The notes under the pieces were generated by a model. It was given only the letters and a program-made list of their open reading frames with translations, was not told the DNA's origin and made no database searches. Below are positions 50,503 to 64,000 of a stretch of 64,000 nt of DNA, piece by piece; positions within the stretch are counted from its first letter, which is position 1; each line of letters starts with the position of its first letter. Both the position numbers and the translations under genes were made by a program. The stretch comes from Eledone cirrhosa (lineage: Eukaryota): NCBI GenBank assembly GCA_964016885.1, contig OZ024750.1, positions 33,914,001 through 33,978,000 of the forward strand. The letters are read 5' to 3'.

Positions 50503-51812
50503 TGAGACCAGAACTACCACCTTACAGAGTGGACAGGGTGCATTTTATTGGTGGAACCAGAACTACCACTTTACAGAGTGGACAGGGTACATTTTATTGT
50601 GACACCAGTACTACCACTTTACAGAGTGGACAGGGTGCATTTCATTGTGGCACCAGAACTACCACTTTACAGAGTGGACAGGGTGCATTTTATTGGTGGA
50701 ACCAGAACTACCACTTTACAGAGTGGACAGGGTACATTTTATTGTGACACCAGTACTACCACTTTACAGAGTGGACAGGGTACATTTTATTGTGGCACCA
50801 GTACTACCACGCTACAGAGTGGACAGGGTACATTTTATTGTGACACCAGTACTACCACTTTACAGAGTGGACAGGGTACATTTTATTGTGGCACCAGTAC
50901 TACCACTTTACAGAGTGGACAGGGTGCATTTTATTGTGGCACCAGTACTACCACTTTACAGAGTGGACTGGGTACATTTTATTGTGACACCAGAACTACC
51001 ACGCTACAGAGTGGACAGGGTACATTTTATTGTGACACCAGTACTACCACGCTACAGAGTGGACAGGGTACATTTTATTGTGACACCAGTACTACCACTT
51101 TACAGAGTGGACAGGGTGCATTTTATTGTGGCACCAGTACTACCACTTTACAGAGTGGACAGGGTACATTTTATTGTGGCACCAGTACTACCACTTTACA
51201 GAGTGGACAGGGTGCATTTTATTGTGGCACCAGTACTACCACGCTACAGAGTGGACAGGGTGCATTTTATTGTGGCACCAGAACTACCATTTTACAGAGT
51301 GGACAGGGTGCATTTTATTGTGACACCAGTACTACCACTTTACAGAGTGGACAGGGTACATTTTATTGTGGCACCAGTACTACCACTTTACAGAGTGGAC
51401 AGGGTGCATTTTATTGTGGCACCAGTACTACCACTTTACAGAGTGGACAGAGTGCATTTTATTGTGGCACCAGTACTACCACTTTACAGAGTGGACAGGG
51501 TACATTTTATTGTGACACCAGTACTACCATTTTACAGAGTGGACAGGGTACATTTTATTGTGGCACCAGAACTACCATTTTACAGAGTGGACAGGGTGCA
51601 TTTTATTGTGGCACCAGTACTACCACTTTACAGAGTGGACAGGGTACATTTTATTGTGGCACCAGAACTACCATTTTACAGAGTGGACAGGGTGCATTTT
51701 ATTGTGGCACCAGTACTACCACTTTACAGAGTGGACAGGGTACATTTTATTGTGACACCAGTACTACCATTTTACAGAGTGGACAGGGTGCATTTTATTG
51801 TGGCACCAGCAC
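50503..51812. repeat. 48-bp minisatellite, about 27 units, derived from RTE/SINE 3'UTR sequence
   Basis: accagtactaccactttacagagtggacagggt(a/g)cattttattgtg(g/a)c; compare ccactttacagtgtgggctgggtgctttttt..gtggcacc in the RTE-B UTR. Confidence 0.95.
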
Positions 51813-51909
51813 TAACATTACATCGTGGCACCAGTACTGACAGTGTGGTTTCCTTATACACACATCATAAAACACAGCACTCAAGTATATTTACTGTTAC
51901 CTTCTGTTG

Positions 51910-51992
51910 ACACACATTCTTACCTCTACCTTTTCTTGACATATACACACACACAACATACACACACACATTCTTACCTCTACCTTTTCTTG

Positions 51993-52023
<31 letters not shown>

Positions 52024-52248
52024 TTCTTACCTCTACCTTTTCTTGACACACACACACACACACACACATTCTCACCTCTACCTTTTCTTGACATACACAC
52101 ACACACAACATACACACACATTCTTACCTCTACCTTTTCTTGACATACACACACACACAACATACACACACATTCTTACCTCTACCTTTTCTTGACATAT
52201 ACACACACACAACATACACACACACATTCTTACCTCTACCTTTTCTTG

Positions 52249-52279
<31 letters not shown>

Positions 52280-52827
52280 TTCTTACCTCTACCTTTTCTT
52301 GACACACACACACACACACACACATTCTCACCTCTACCTTTTCTTGACATACACACACACACAACATACACACACATTCTCACCTCTACCTTTTCTTGAC
52401 ATACACACACACACAACATACACACACATTCTTACCTCTACCTTTTCTTGACACACACACAACATACATACACACATTCTTACCTCTACCTTTTCTTCAC
52501 ACACACACACACACACACACAACATACATACACATTCTTACCTCTACCTTTTCTTGACACACACACACACAACATACATACACACATTCTTACCTCTACC
52601 TTTTCTTCACACACACACACACACACAACATACATACACATTCTTACCTCTACCTTTTCTTGACACACACACACACAACATACATACACACATTCTTACC
52701 TCTACCTTTTCTTCACACACACACACACACACACACAACATACATGCACATTCTTACCTCTACCTTTTCTTGACACACACACACACACACAACATACATA
52801 CACACATTCTTACCTCTACCTTTTCTT

Positions 52828-52862
<35 letters not shown>

Positions 52863-53465
52863 CATACATACACACATTCTTACCTCTACCTTTTCTTGAC
52901 ACACACACACACACACAACATACATACACACATTCTTACCTCTACCTTTTCTTGACACACACACACACACACACAACATACATACACACATTCTTACCTC
53001 TACCTTTTCTTGACACACACACACAACATACATACACACATTCTTACCTCTACCTTTTCTTCACACACACACACACACACACAACATACATACATACACA
53101 TTCTTACCTCTACCTTTTCTTGACACACACACACACACACAACATACATACACACATTCTTACCTCTACCTTTTCTTGACACACACACACACACACAACA
53201 TACATACACACATTCTTACCTCTACCTTTTCTTGACACACACACACACACACACACACAACATACATACACATTCTTACCTCTACCTTTTCTTGACACAC
53301 ACACACACAACATACATACACACATTCTTACCTCTACCTTTTCTTGACATACACACACACACACAACATACATACACACATTCTTACCTCTACCTTTTCT
53401 TGACACACACACACACACACACACAACATACATACACGTTTTTACTTTTAACTTTTCTTGACATA
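51910..53465. repeat. minisatellite: cattcttacctctaccttttcttgac core plus variable (CA)n
   Basis: About 28 cores by inspection. Confidence 0.95.
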
Positions 53466-53800
53466 TGTAAATGCATACACACATACATACACACATGCAT
53501 ACGTACACACACATACATACACACACACACATACATACATACACACACACATACATATGCATACATACGCACACTTTTACTTCTACCTTTTGTTGACATA
53601 TCTAAACACACATTTTTGCCTCTACTTTATGTCGATATATTTACACACACACACACGCACACACGCAGACACACACACACACACATTTTAGTCCAATCCA
53701 GGTCAACATGGATAAATGATGTTGAATATGATGATGATGATGATGATACACAACCAGAAATATATTACACACATACACAGACGACAGACAGACACACACA

Positions 53801-53839
<39 letters not shown>

Positions 53840-54099
53840 ACACACACACAGACACACACATACAGAGAAAGACTACTAACAATATGAAAATATTAAGGGT
53901 AACCAAATGAGTGGCAAGACTGAACTTGCTTTAAAACCCCATTTGAAATGTTATATTAAAGTGTGTTAATGGCCTCAATAAGTTGGCTCTTCTAACAGTC
54001 GTAATGCCTTGAAATACAAGACAGACTGAGTCTTATGCAGTGAACAAATTAGGAAAATATTTTGCCAAGTGGAAAATGAGATACTTAAATGGTGCTATG

Positions 54100-54617
54100 C
54101 ATCATCATTATCATCACCACCACCACCACCATCAACCATCACCATCGCCACCACCATCAACCACCACTACCATCACCACCATCGCCACCACCATCACCAC
54201 CACCATCATCACCATTGCCACCGCCATCACCATTACCATTATCACCACCACCATTTACCACCATCATCGCCGCCATCATCACCACCACCACCACCATCAC
54301 CATCCATCGCCACCACCATCACCACCACCATCATCACCACCACCATCATCACCATCGCCACCACCACCATCATCACCATCGCCACCACCATTATCATCGC
54401 CACCACCATCGCCACCACCATCACCACCACCACCATCATCACCATCGCCACCACCATCGCCATTATCACCACCACCGTCGCCACCACCATTTACCACCAC
54501 CATCATCACCACCATCGCCATCGCCACCACCATCATCACCATCACCACCATCATCGCCACCATCGTCACCACCATCACCACCATCACCACCACCATCACC
54601 ATCGCCACCACCATCGT
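54100..54617. repeat. (CAC/CAT)n trinucleotide expansion at an RTE-type tail
   Basis: Followed by gtttaatgtc..gcatgggctagatggg (minus-strand RTE tail). Confidence 0.9.
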
Positions 54618-54849
54618 TTAATGTCGATTGCATGGGCTAGATGGGTTGTCACATTATGAGAGAAGTCAGGTGTGGAGCTGTGAAGGCCACATCATGCTGA
54701 TACCAATCTGTATCTTTAGCTTGGTTTCTAAAACTGGCTGCCCTCCCTAATGCCAACCATGTTACAGAGGGTTCTTACACATCTAAATAAATGTGTCGAG
54801 CTAAAGAAGAAGAGACAACAAGATCCCAGACCTCATTTGCTTATCAAGT

Positions 54850-55239
54850 GGAAGTGAAACTCGTCAAATCGAACCAACGAAACAATGTTCCCATTCGTCT
54901 TTCCAATTGCTAACACTAACCACCAGTCGCAACTCCTGGCAGAAAGAGCAACATGAAATAAAGTACCTTGCTCAAGGACATAACACAACACCCGGTCAAG
55001 GAGCTAAACTTTAACCCTTTAGCATTTACATTACTCTATATTTACTATTGTATTTTCACAGTAAACACTTTACCACACATAATTATCTCACATAATATTG
55101 AATCTACGAGATTTTGATGTTATTTATTTTGAGAACAATACCTTAACATCATTATGAGTGGCAGGTTACGGCCAGTTTGAACAGAAAGAGGTGAGAGAAT
55201 TCTGGCCGGATACAGCTAGTTTAAATGCTAAAGTGTTAA
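54850..55239. mobile_element. CORE-SINE (-) interrupted at its head by MITE A (55011-55239)
   Basis: Family sequences; TTAA termini. Confidence 0.8.
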
Positions 55240-55510
55240 ACTTTGCAGGCAAATAAATTAATTTCAGTGACTAAACTTTATATAAACATGAAAATATTTG
55301 CATTCAAACTGAACACAGAAGAAGTATTTTTAAAATTGTTAGAAATGAAAAAAATGTGCAGATAAAAATTCAGATTTTTTTTTGTTATGACTTAAATTAC
55401 ATAAAGATTAACTGGTCTTCTTGATATTACAATTATAATATCAGTTGAAGCTAACTTCCATCTTCCAACTAAATTGAACACAGATGGTTTAATTATATAT
55501 ATGGTTTAAT

Positions 55511-55541
<31 letters not shown>

Positions 55542-55719
55542 ATGTATGTACACACACACACATATACATACCTATATATATATACATACAGATATATATA
55601 TATATATATGTGTGTATGTAAGTACACACACATATACATATATATATATATACATACAGATATATATATATATATATATGTGTGTATGTAAGTACACACA
55701 CATATACATATATATATAT

Positions 55720-55780
<61 letters not shown>

Positions 55781-56067
55781 TATATACATACACACACACA
55801 CTATTTCAGATTATAAAAACATGTGTGTTTCTCAATACAAATACGCTAGTGAAAAAGCATTAAATAGGAAAGTATTTATTAAAGAAAGCTTGCCTATATA
55901 CAATATATATATGTATGTATGTATATACACATATATATACATACACAAATATATACACACACATATATATATATACATGATCCCCAGAAGTCAGTTGATG
56001 AGCGGGAATTGTCCATGCCCTTGGTTCTTCCAAGTTTTCTGTTTTCTATATTTCTACCATGTGTTTT

Positions 56068-56295
56068 TTAACCCTTTAATGTTCAAACCGGCCAAAACCG
56101 GCCAGAATTCTCTATCTCTTTCTGTTGAAACTGGCTGTAACTGGTCACTCAAACTGATGTTAAGGTATTGTTCACAAAATAAATACTTTCAAAATCTCAT
56201 AGATTCAATATTAGGTGAGATAATTATGTGAGGTAAAGCTTTTACCATGAAAATATAATAGTATATATAGGGTAATGTGAATACTAAAGGGTTAA
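56068..56295. mobile_element. MITE A, full copy
   Basis: TTAA-CCCTTTAATG ... TACTAAAGGG-TTAA. Confidence 0.9.
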
Positions 56296-56297
56296 TG

Positions 56298-56334
<37 letters not shown>

Positions 56335-56337
<3 letters not shown>

Positions 56338-56692
56338 ATTAACAAATGGAAACTATATTTATAAAACCATATCTATTTTATTATACATATTTCGAGGATA
56401 CCATGTTAAATTATGGTATGCTTTCATCAGACAAAATACAATATATACCAGTTTTATAAATAAATATTGACATACCCTTACAAAATGCAACCATTACTTT
56501 TGGAAGACTCCGGGATAGTGGAGTTGTTTACTTATATTAGTATTGGATATTTTTAAAATAAGTCGTTGTGTTACAGAGAAGGAAAAAGACAATTTGTTAA
56601 TATCGTATGTTTACTCCGAATATTTGTTGGGTGCTTTATATCAGTTATAAAAATATTTGCTTGTTGTATCCCAACAATTTAAATTGAACTTT

Positions 56693-56696
<4 letters not shown>
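56335..56696. mobile_element. hammerhead-bearing Penelope-like element: minus-strand body plus inverted 3' tail, flanked by (TA)n
   Basis: 56335-56580 homologous to 44893-45110; 56596-56696 is the plus-strand tail ending tttgca(TA)n. Confidence 0.75.
56374..56438 (-). ncRNA. minimal type I hammerhead ribozyme
   Basis: TATTTTGT-CTGATGA-AAGCATACCAT/ATGGTATCCTC-GAAA-TATGTA-TA-ATAAAATA. Confidence 0.7.
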
Positions 56697-56726
<30 letters not shown>

Positions 56727-56919
56727 CACCACCAACCGTCTACAGTAAACTAAATGTATGCACTCTGAGCAGGTGATTGCAGCTGCATAATTGCAGTTAA
56801 CCAGATTCATTGAGTGAGCTAGACAATGGCCGAAGGACGCTGTATTTATACCAGCGATCCTCGTTACTTTTGTTATATATAAATATATATATATATGTAT
56901 ATATGTATATATGTATATA

Positions 56920-57210
56920 TGTTGGTACGGTCACGTGATGCGCATGAAAGACGACAGCTGTATAACAAAGTGCAGGGCAATAAAGATAGACGGTAGCCAC
57001 GGAGTAGGCAGACCTAGAAAAACCTGGGACGAGCTGATAAATTCCGACCTCACACGCTTACACCTCACCAAGACAATGTCACTGGACCGAGACCTTTGGC
57101 GGTACTCAGTAATAGAGAAGACCCGCCTTACCTAAATACAAAGTAAAAACCTACTACAGTCAGTAGGCATCTCTATCAAAACGGACGCTAAACCTGATGA
57201 TGATGATGAT
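56920..57210 (+). mobile_element. RTE-A 3' fragment with most of the 3'UTR deleted
   Basis: WYGHVMRMKDDSC..GRPRKTW; jumps from ctctatcaaa to acggacgctaaac(GAT)n. Confidence 0.9.
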
Positions 57211-57381
57211 GTGTATTTATATGTATATATGTATAAGCACCAGCCAAATGAGCCTTCTGGCTTAAGACAGACTTTAGACTTACGGTCTGCCCGCCCAGCC
57301 AGTGGGATGGTGTCATCGTATAGGTAAAACAGCACGTGATGTGACCAGTGGCACAGACTGGTCGGTCAAGGTGATAAATGT

Positions 57382-59226
<1,845 letters not shown>

Positions 59227-59227
<1 letters not shown>

Positions 59228-59596
59228 AGTAGAAGGGGTATTTAATTTGTTTCTAGACCGACAAATATAAATGTTTATAACTGATTTAGAGCACTCAACA
59301 GTTACTGGAGTAAATATTCAATGATATTAAATAAATGGAAACTATATTTATAAAACCATATTTATTTTATTATACTCTTTCTTCAGATAAAATACAAAGT
59401 TTGTTTTATAAATAGAGACATACCCATGAAAATCATACCTTATTGGTTGGATATTCACTGAATATTCAGTGAATATCCAACTGATAAGGTATGATTTTCA
59501 TGGGTATATCTCTATTTATAAAACAAACTTTGTATTTTATCTGAAGAAAGAGTATAATAAAATAAATATGGTTTTATAAATATAGTTTCCATTTAT
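59227..59596. mobile_element. Penelope-like family element forming a 266-bp zero-spacer palindrome (59331-59596)
   Basis: Centre cactgaat|attcagtg; about 3 non-matching positions in 133-bp arms; collapsed hammerhead in both arms. Confidence 0.85.
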
Positions 59597-59641
59597 CTTG
59601 TCCCACCCTTGCAAGCAGGGAAAAGCAGACGTAAAATTATG

Positions 59642-59680
<39 letters not shown>

Positions 59681-59982
59681 CACACACACCAGGGGCGAAG
59701 GGTGTGTGCATGCATTATAGAACCTCGAGTCGATGAATTGCGTAGGTTGAAGCAAGCAGAATTTTGGCTGCTTACTAAATCGTAGACACATAAAAAGATA
59801 ACACTACTTGCGGCTTTTACCGGGAGGGTCATTTAGAGGGAATTTGGGGTGGGTGGGTAAGGGAGCACAGCCCCACTTTCCGCCATGGCGATTGGGCTGC
59901 ATGCCCTGCTTTCCAGGTTACCCTTCGTCACGGATATACACATAATATAGATACATATATATACACATATACATACATATAT

Positions 59983-60139
<157 letters not shown>

Positions 60140-60779
60140 CATACATATATACATATATATATTTCAATATTGAACTTTTATATAATTTTCACCAAGTGTT
60201 ATGTCATTTTTTTAGGATTTATGAATATGAATAATCTGATTTTTAGTCTGATAAGTGAGTGAGTCATTTTTTTATTCTCTTCCGTAAGAATACACCTCCG
60301 TTACTGGTTAGTAGCTTAGATAATTGTGCTGATATTGTTGAAAATGAAGCATATGCTAAAAATTAAGGCTAATAGATTAAACAGCAAACAGTTTACAGAG
60401 AGAGTGGGGGCAAGGTAGCACCAGTCTAAATTAAAAAAAGGGAGAGAATACAGGGATGCTAAGAATTGCTTATATGCAACAAATCAAAATAATTTAGTCT
60501 AATTTGAAATAAACAAAAATACAAAAGAATTATCTAGCTCAATAAACAACAAGGCTTTTTTTTTTCTTTTGTGAAACACAGGGGTGTTTGTGAAATAATA
60601 CTTTTTCCTGCACTTGTGAAATAACCAATGGCAAAACATATTGCAAAGATGCTAGTGTTTAAAAATGTTTCTTTTGTTTCTTCTTTTAAGACAAAGTTGC
60701 AATACATTCTTTTAGCATTACACTACTGTTTTCTTTCTATCTGCTTCAAATACAAAGTAACTGACTCTTCGTAGAATAA

Positions 60780-61012
60780 GGTTTCATGGTAGTTCAACTC
60801 TTTGTTTAAAACATCTGTAGTTCAACTCTTTATTTAAAATATTCGTAGTTCAACTCTTTGTTTAAACATTCATGGCAGGTCAACTCTTTCTTTAAAACAT
60901 TCATAGTTCAAATCTTTGTTTAAAACAATCACAACTCTTTCTTTAGAACATTCATAGTTCAACTCTTCCTTTAAAACATTCATGATAATTTAATTCTTTG
61001 TTTAAAACATTA
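60780..61012. repeat. degenerate tandem repeat of about 28-30 bp (gtagttcaactctttgtttaaaacattc)
   Basis: About 8 units. Confidence 0.8.
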
Positions 61013-61103
61013 CTATATTCAAAGAGGACAAAAAAAAATTGAAGACATTTGTAACCATTTAGAATTTGTATTAAATTCATTTTATTAAAAGAAAATTGAT
61101 AGC

Positions 61104-61340
61104 TTAACCATTTTGTGATTGTATTTACAATGAAATACACTCTATCTCAATTAATTAATGAAGAATTTTGAGGTATTTACTAAGATTATTATTTCATAAC
61201 CAAGATAATAACTTAAAATATGGTTTTTATAGAAAATTATGTTAGAAGATTTTAATTTATATAAGAACCCTTTCAAAACAATTGGTTTTGTTTCATAGAA
61301 CCAGAGCTAGTTTAGGGCAGGTTGGTATAAAAATGGTTAA
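61104..61340. mobile_element. piggyBac-type MITE B, full copy
   Basis: TTAA-CCATTTT ... AAAATGG-TTAA. Confidence 0.75.
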
Positions 61341-61392
61341 ATGAATAATTAAGGAATATTTTGTTTTATAAGTTTATATGTATATATATATG

Positions 61393-62169
61393 AACCCGTA
61401 TTTCCTGGTGAAGTCATAGGGGTGCCGTTGTGTCATACAGCCTTTCTTGGGCATTTATTAAACCTGGTGGAGACCATCTCCTCTCCAGGTCTAAACATAG
61501 CCTATTTCTTCCAGAGAAGGAGAGAGAGTTAGAAAGAGATATAGAGGAAGAAATGAGCCCAGACTGGTACTTCTTTTATCAACCTCAAAAGGATGAGGCT
61601 GACCTCAGCAGGATTTGAACTTGGAGTGCAGAGAGTCGAAATGAATACTGCAAAATATTCTATCCAACTTTCTAACAATTCTGCCAATTTGTCACTTTTA
61701 AACCCCTTCCTGACCACATTTCTAATGAAATATACTATTTAAATTAATTAATGAAGAGTTTTAAACCATTTACTAAAATCTCTATATATAAAGTTGTATT
61801 ATTAATAATTCCATTAAAGAAATCATTATTATTTAATAAATAATGAAATCCCGCCGAGGTTAACTTTGCCTTTCATCCTTACGGGGTCGATAAAATAAAG
61901 TACCAGTAATGCACTGGGTAATTGCTGGCCTTGTGCCTAAAGTAGAAACAATTATTATTTAATAAATAAATAAATAAATAAATAAATAATGAATAAATAA
62001 TAAAGAAATCATTATTAATAATTCCATTACTAACATAGTAACTTAATGTAAGGTTCTTATATAAAATTTTGTTGAAAAATTTTAATTTAAATTATAAACC
62101 TTTAAAATAGGTGGTTTTATTTCATAGAACCAGAGCTGGTTTTGGCTGGGTTGGTAACTGAAGGGTTAC
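61393..62169. mobile_element. long-tail Meta SINE variant (61393-61695, -) then MITE B (61698-62169) containing a Meta SINE 3' half
   Basis: Family sequences. Confidence 0.7.
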
Positions 62170-62503
62170 CACAAAACCCCTCAAACATATCACTCTAGTC
62201 CTATATCTTAAAAATAGATGTGAACATATCAAAAACAATCAAAGACAGACAGGAAAGTTTTAGTTTGTAGATTAATAATAATAAAAAGTTACACAATTTA
62301 GAATGGTGGAACTAGGAAATAATAACTGCATAAAAATGGATGTGAAATGTTTGCTATTAGATTTATATTTAGACAACAGATTCATATTTTCTTGGACTGA
62401 AGCCAAATAAAACTGACATACATATTGATCATCAAATTTTGCACATGGAAGCACCAGAGTAATAAGACTCATCACTTAGCCACAATAAAGAACATTATTA
62501 AAC

Positions 62504-62682
62504 GCAGTATCAGTAGAGGGTTGGACGCCATGCTTTCTAGCATAGTTACGTCCCTTTACGGTTTGAGTTCAAATCCCGTCGAGGTTAACTTTGCCTTTCA
62601 TCCTTACGGGGTCGATAAAATAAAGTACCAGTAGTGTACTGGGTAATTGCTGGTCTTGTGCCAAAAGTAGAAACAATTATTA
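62504..62682 (+). mobile_element. Meta SINE
   Basis: Family sequence. Confidence 0.85.
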
Positions 62683-62736
62683 AACTCTACTTTAGTATTG
62701 AGTACTCATTCTCATGTCTGTCAATATCACACACAT

Positions 62737-63380
62737 ATCATCATCATCATCATTTTATGTCCGCTTTTCCCTGCTTGCAAGGGTGGGACGGGTCCTATTC
62801 AACACAGCATCTCTCCACTTGTCATGGTCCTTCGTCATCTCCTCGGTGAGTTTCAACGATCTGAGGTCTGCTCTCACCAGCTCTGCCCATGTTTTACGTG
62901 GTCTTCCTCTACTGTGTCTTCCTTCTACTGGGATTTCTTGGCATTTCTTTACCCAGCGGTCATTCTCCATGCGCATCACATGTCCATACTAGCTCAGCCT
63001 TCTCCCTGCACACCACAACTTATCCCTCTTATACCCAGTTTCTTTCTCAACTCATCTATGCTTGGTCGTTCGCGCACATTGACATTGCACATCCAACGGA
63101 GCATGCTTGCTTCATTTCTCTCTAGCCATCGCATATCCTCCTCGGTTGCTGCCCATGTCTCACTACCATGCAGCATCGCGCATCTCACACAGGCATCATA
63201 TAACCGTCCTTTCGTACACAGAGAGAAACCCTGCTTTGTCAACAAAGGAAGTAGCCCCCTAAACTTCTTCCAACTCGTCCTTATTGTAGATACTGTGGCC
63301 TCGGAACCCCCCCCCCCTCCCATGCTAATCTGATCAGCTAGGTACCGGAAGCTATCAACCACTTCCATAGAACCCACCTG
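62737..63380 (-). mobile_element. RTE subfamily C, 5'-truncated, frameshifted
   Basis: VVDSFRYL, LHGSETW, GRPRKTW; cccttgcaagcaggg tail. Confidence 0.9.
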
Positions 63381-63495
63381 CATATATATATATATATACA
63401 CATATATATCATCATATATACACATATATATATATATATTTATTAAAATAACAGAATAAAGTTTAAGCAAAGAATCGCTGCTTTCACAGGATCTT

Positions 63496-63708
63496 ATATA
63501 TTAATAAATGGAAACTATATTTATAAAACCATAATTATTTTATTATATATATATATTTCAAATATATATAATAAAATAATTATGGTTTTATAAGTATAGT
63601 TTCCATTTATTAATATATTGAATATTTACTCCAGTATACTGTTGAGTGCTTTATATCAGTTATAAAACTTTTAAGCTTGTTGAATCCCAACAAATTAAAT
63701 ATATCCTT

Positions 63709-63712
<4 letters not shown>
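63496..63712. mobile_element. Penelope-like family element: palindrome of about 120 bp (63496-63618) plus 3' tail into (TA)n
   Basis: atattaataaatggaaactata.ttataaaaccataattattttatta mirrored; tail ends cctttgca(TA)n. Confidence 0.8.
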
Positions 63713-63763
<51 letters not shown>

Positions 63764-63776
63764 ATATATACATACC

Positions 63777-63809
<33 letters not shown>

Positions 63810-64000
63810 ATACATACCTATATATATATATACAAATAGATACATATATATATATATACTTTTATATATATGTATATATATATATACATACATACGTTTA
63901 TATATACGTATATATATATATACATATATACATATATACATACATATATATCTACATACGTACATACGTATATATCTACATATATATCTACATACGTACA

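Noticed and set aside
54040-54659. Poly-His, poly-Pro/Ser and poly-Thr ORFs (extensin- or mucin-like)
   Set aside because: All frames are open because of (CAC/CAT)n; it is the expanded tail of an RTE
62380-62458. Possible plus-strand exon (SYFLGLKPNKTDIHIDHQILHMEAP)
   Set aside because: Weak splice sites and no recognisable homology

Overview
AT-rich, extremely repeat-dense eukaryotic DNA. The SINE/LINE repertoire and the huge (TA)n/(CA)n tracts point to a coleoid cephalopod, probably Octopus (inference, not database-verified). No host protein-coding gene can be supported, and almost all listed ORFs are microsatellite or minisatellite artefacts. Recognisable content: (i) several RTE-clade LINE subfamilies, two fragments with a PHD-like finger inside the RT, plus a Rex3/Expander-like 3' end and a Tx1/L1-like 3' end; (ii) tRNA-derived Meta-domain and CORE SINEs; (iii) two piggyBac-type TTAA MITE families, a rearranged mariner, a pogo/Tigger-like MITE and a decayed Helitron with a PIF1 helicase; (iv) many minisatellites, several born from SINE/LINE pieces. 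The most notable signal is a family of about six (TA)n-anchored, non-coding elements carrying minimal type I hammerhead ribozymes (Penelope-like pLTR/retrozyme type). They repeatedly occur as fold-back palindromes, including a 266-bp zero-spacer palindrome. A long-range inverted repeat about 10 kb apart also preserves an empty versus filled TTAA site. Coordinates of decayed repeats are approximate.
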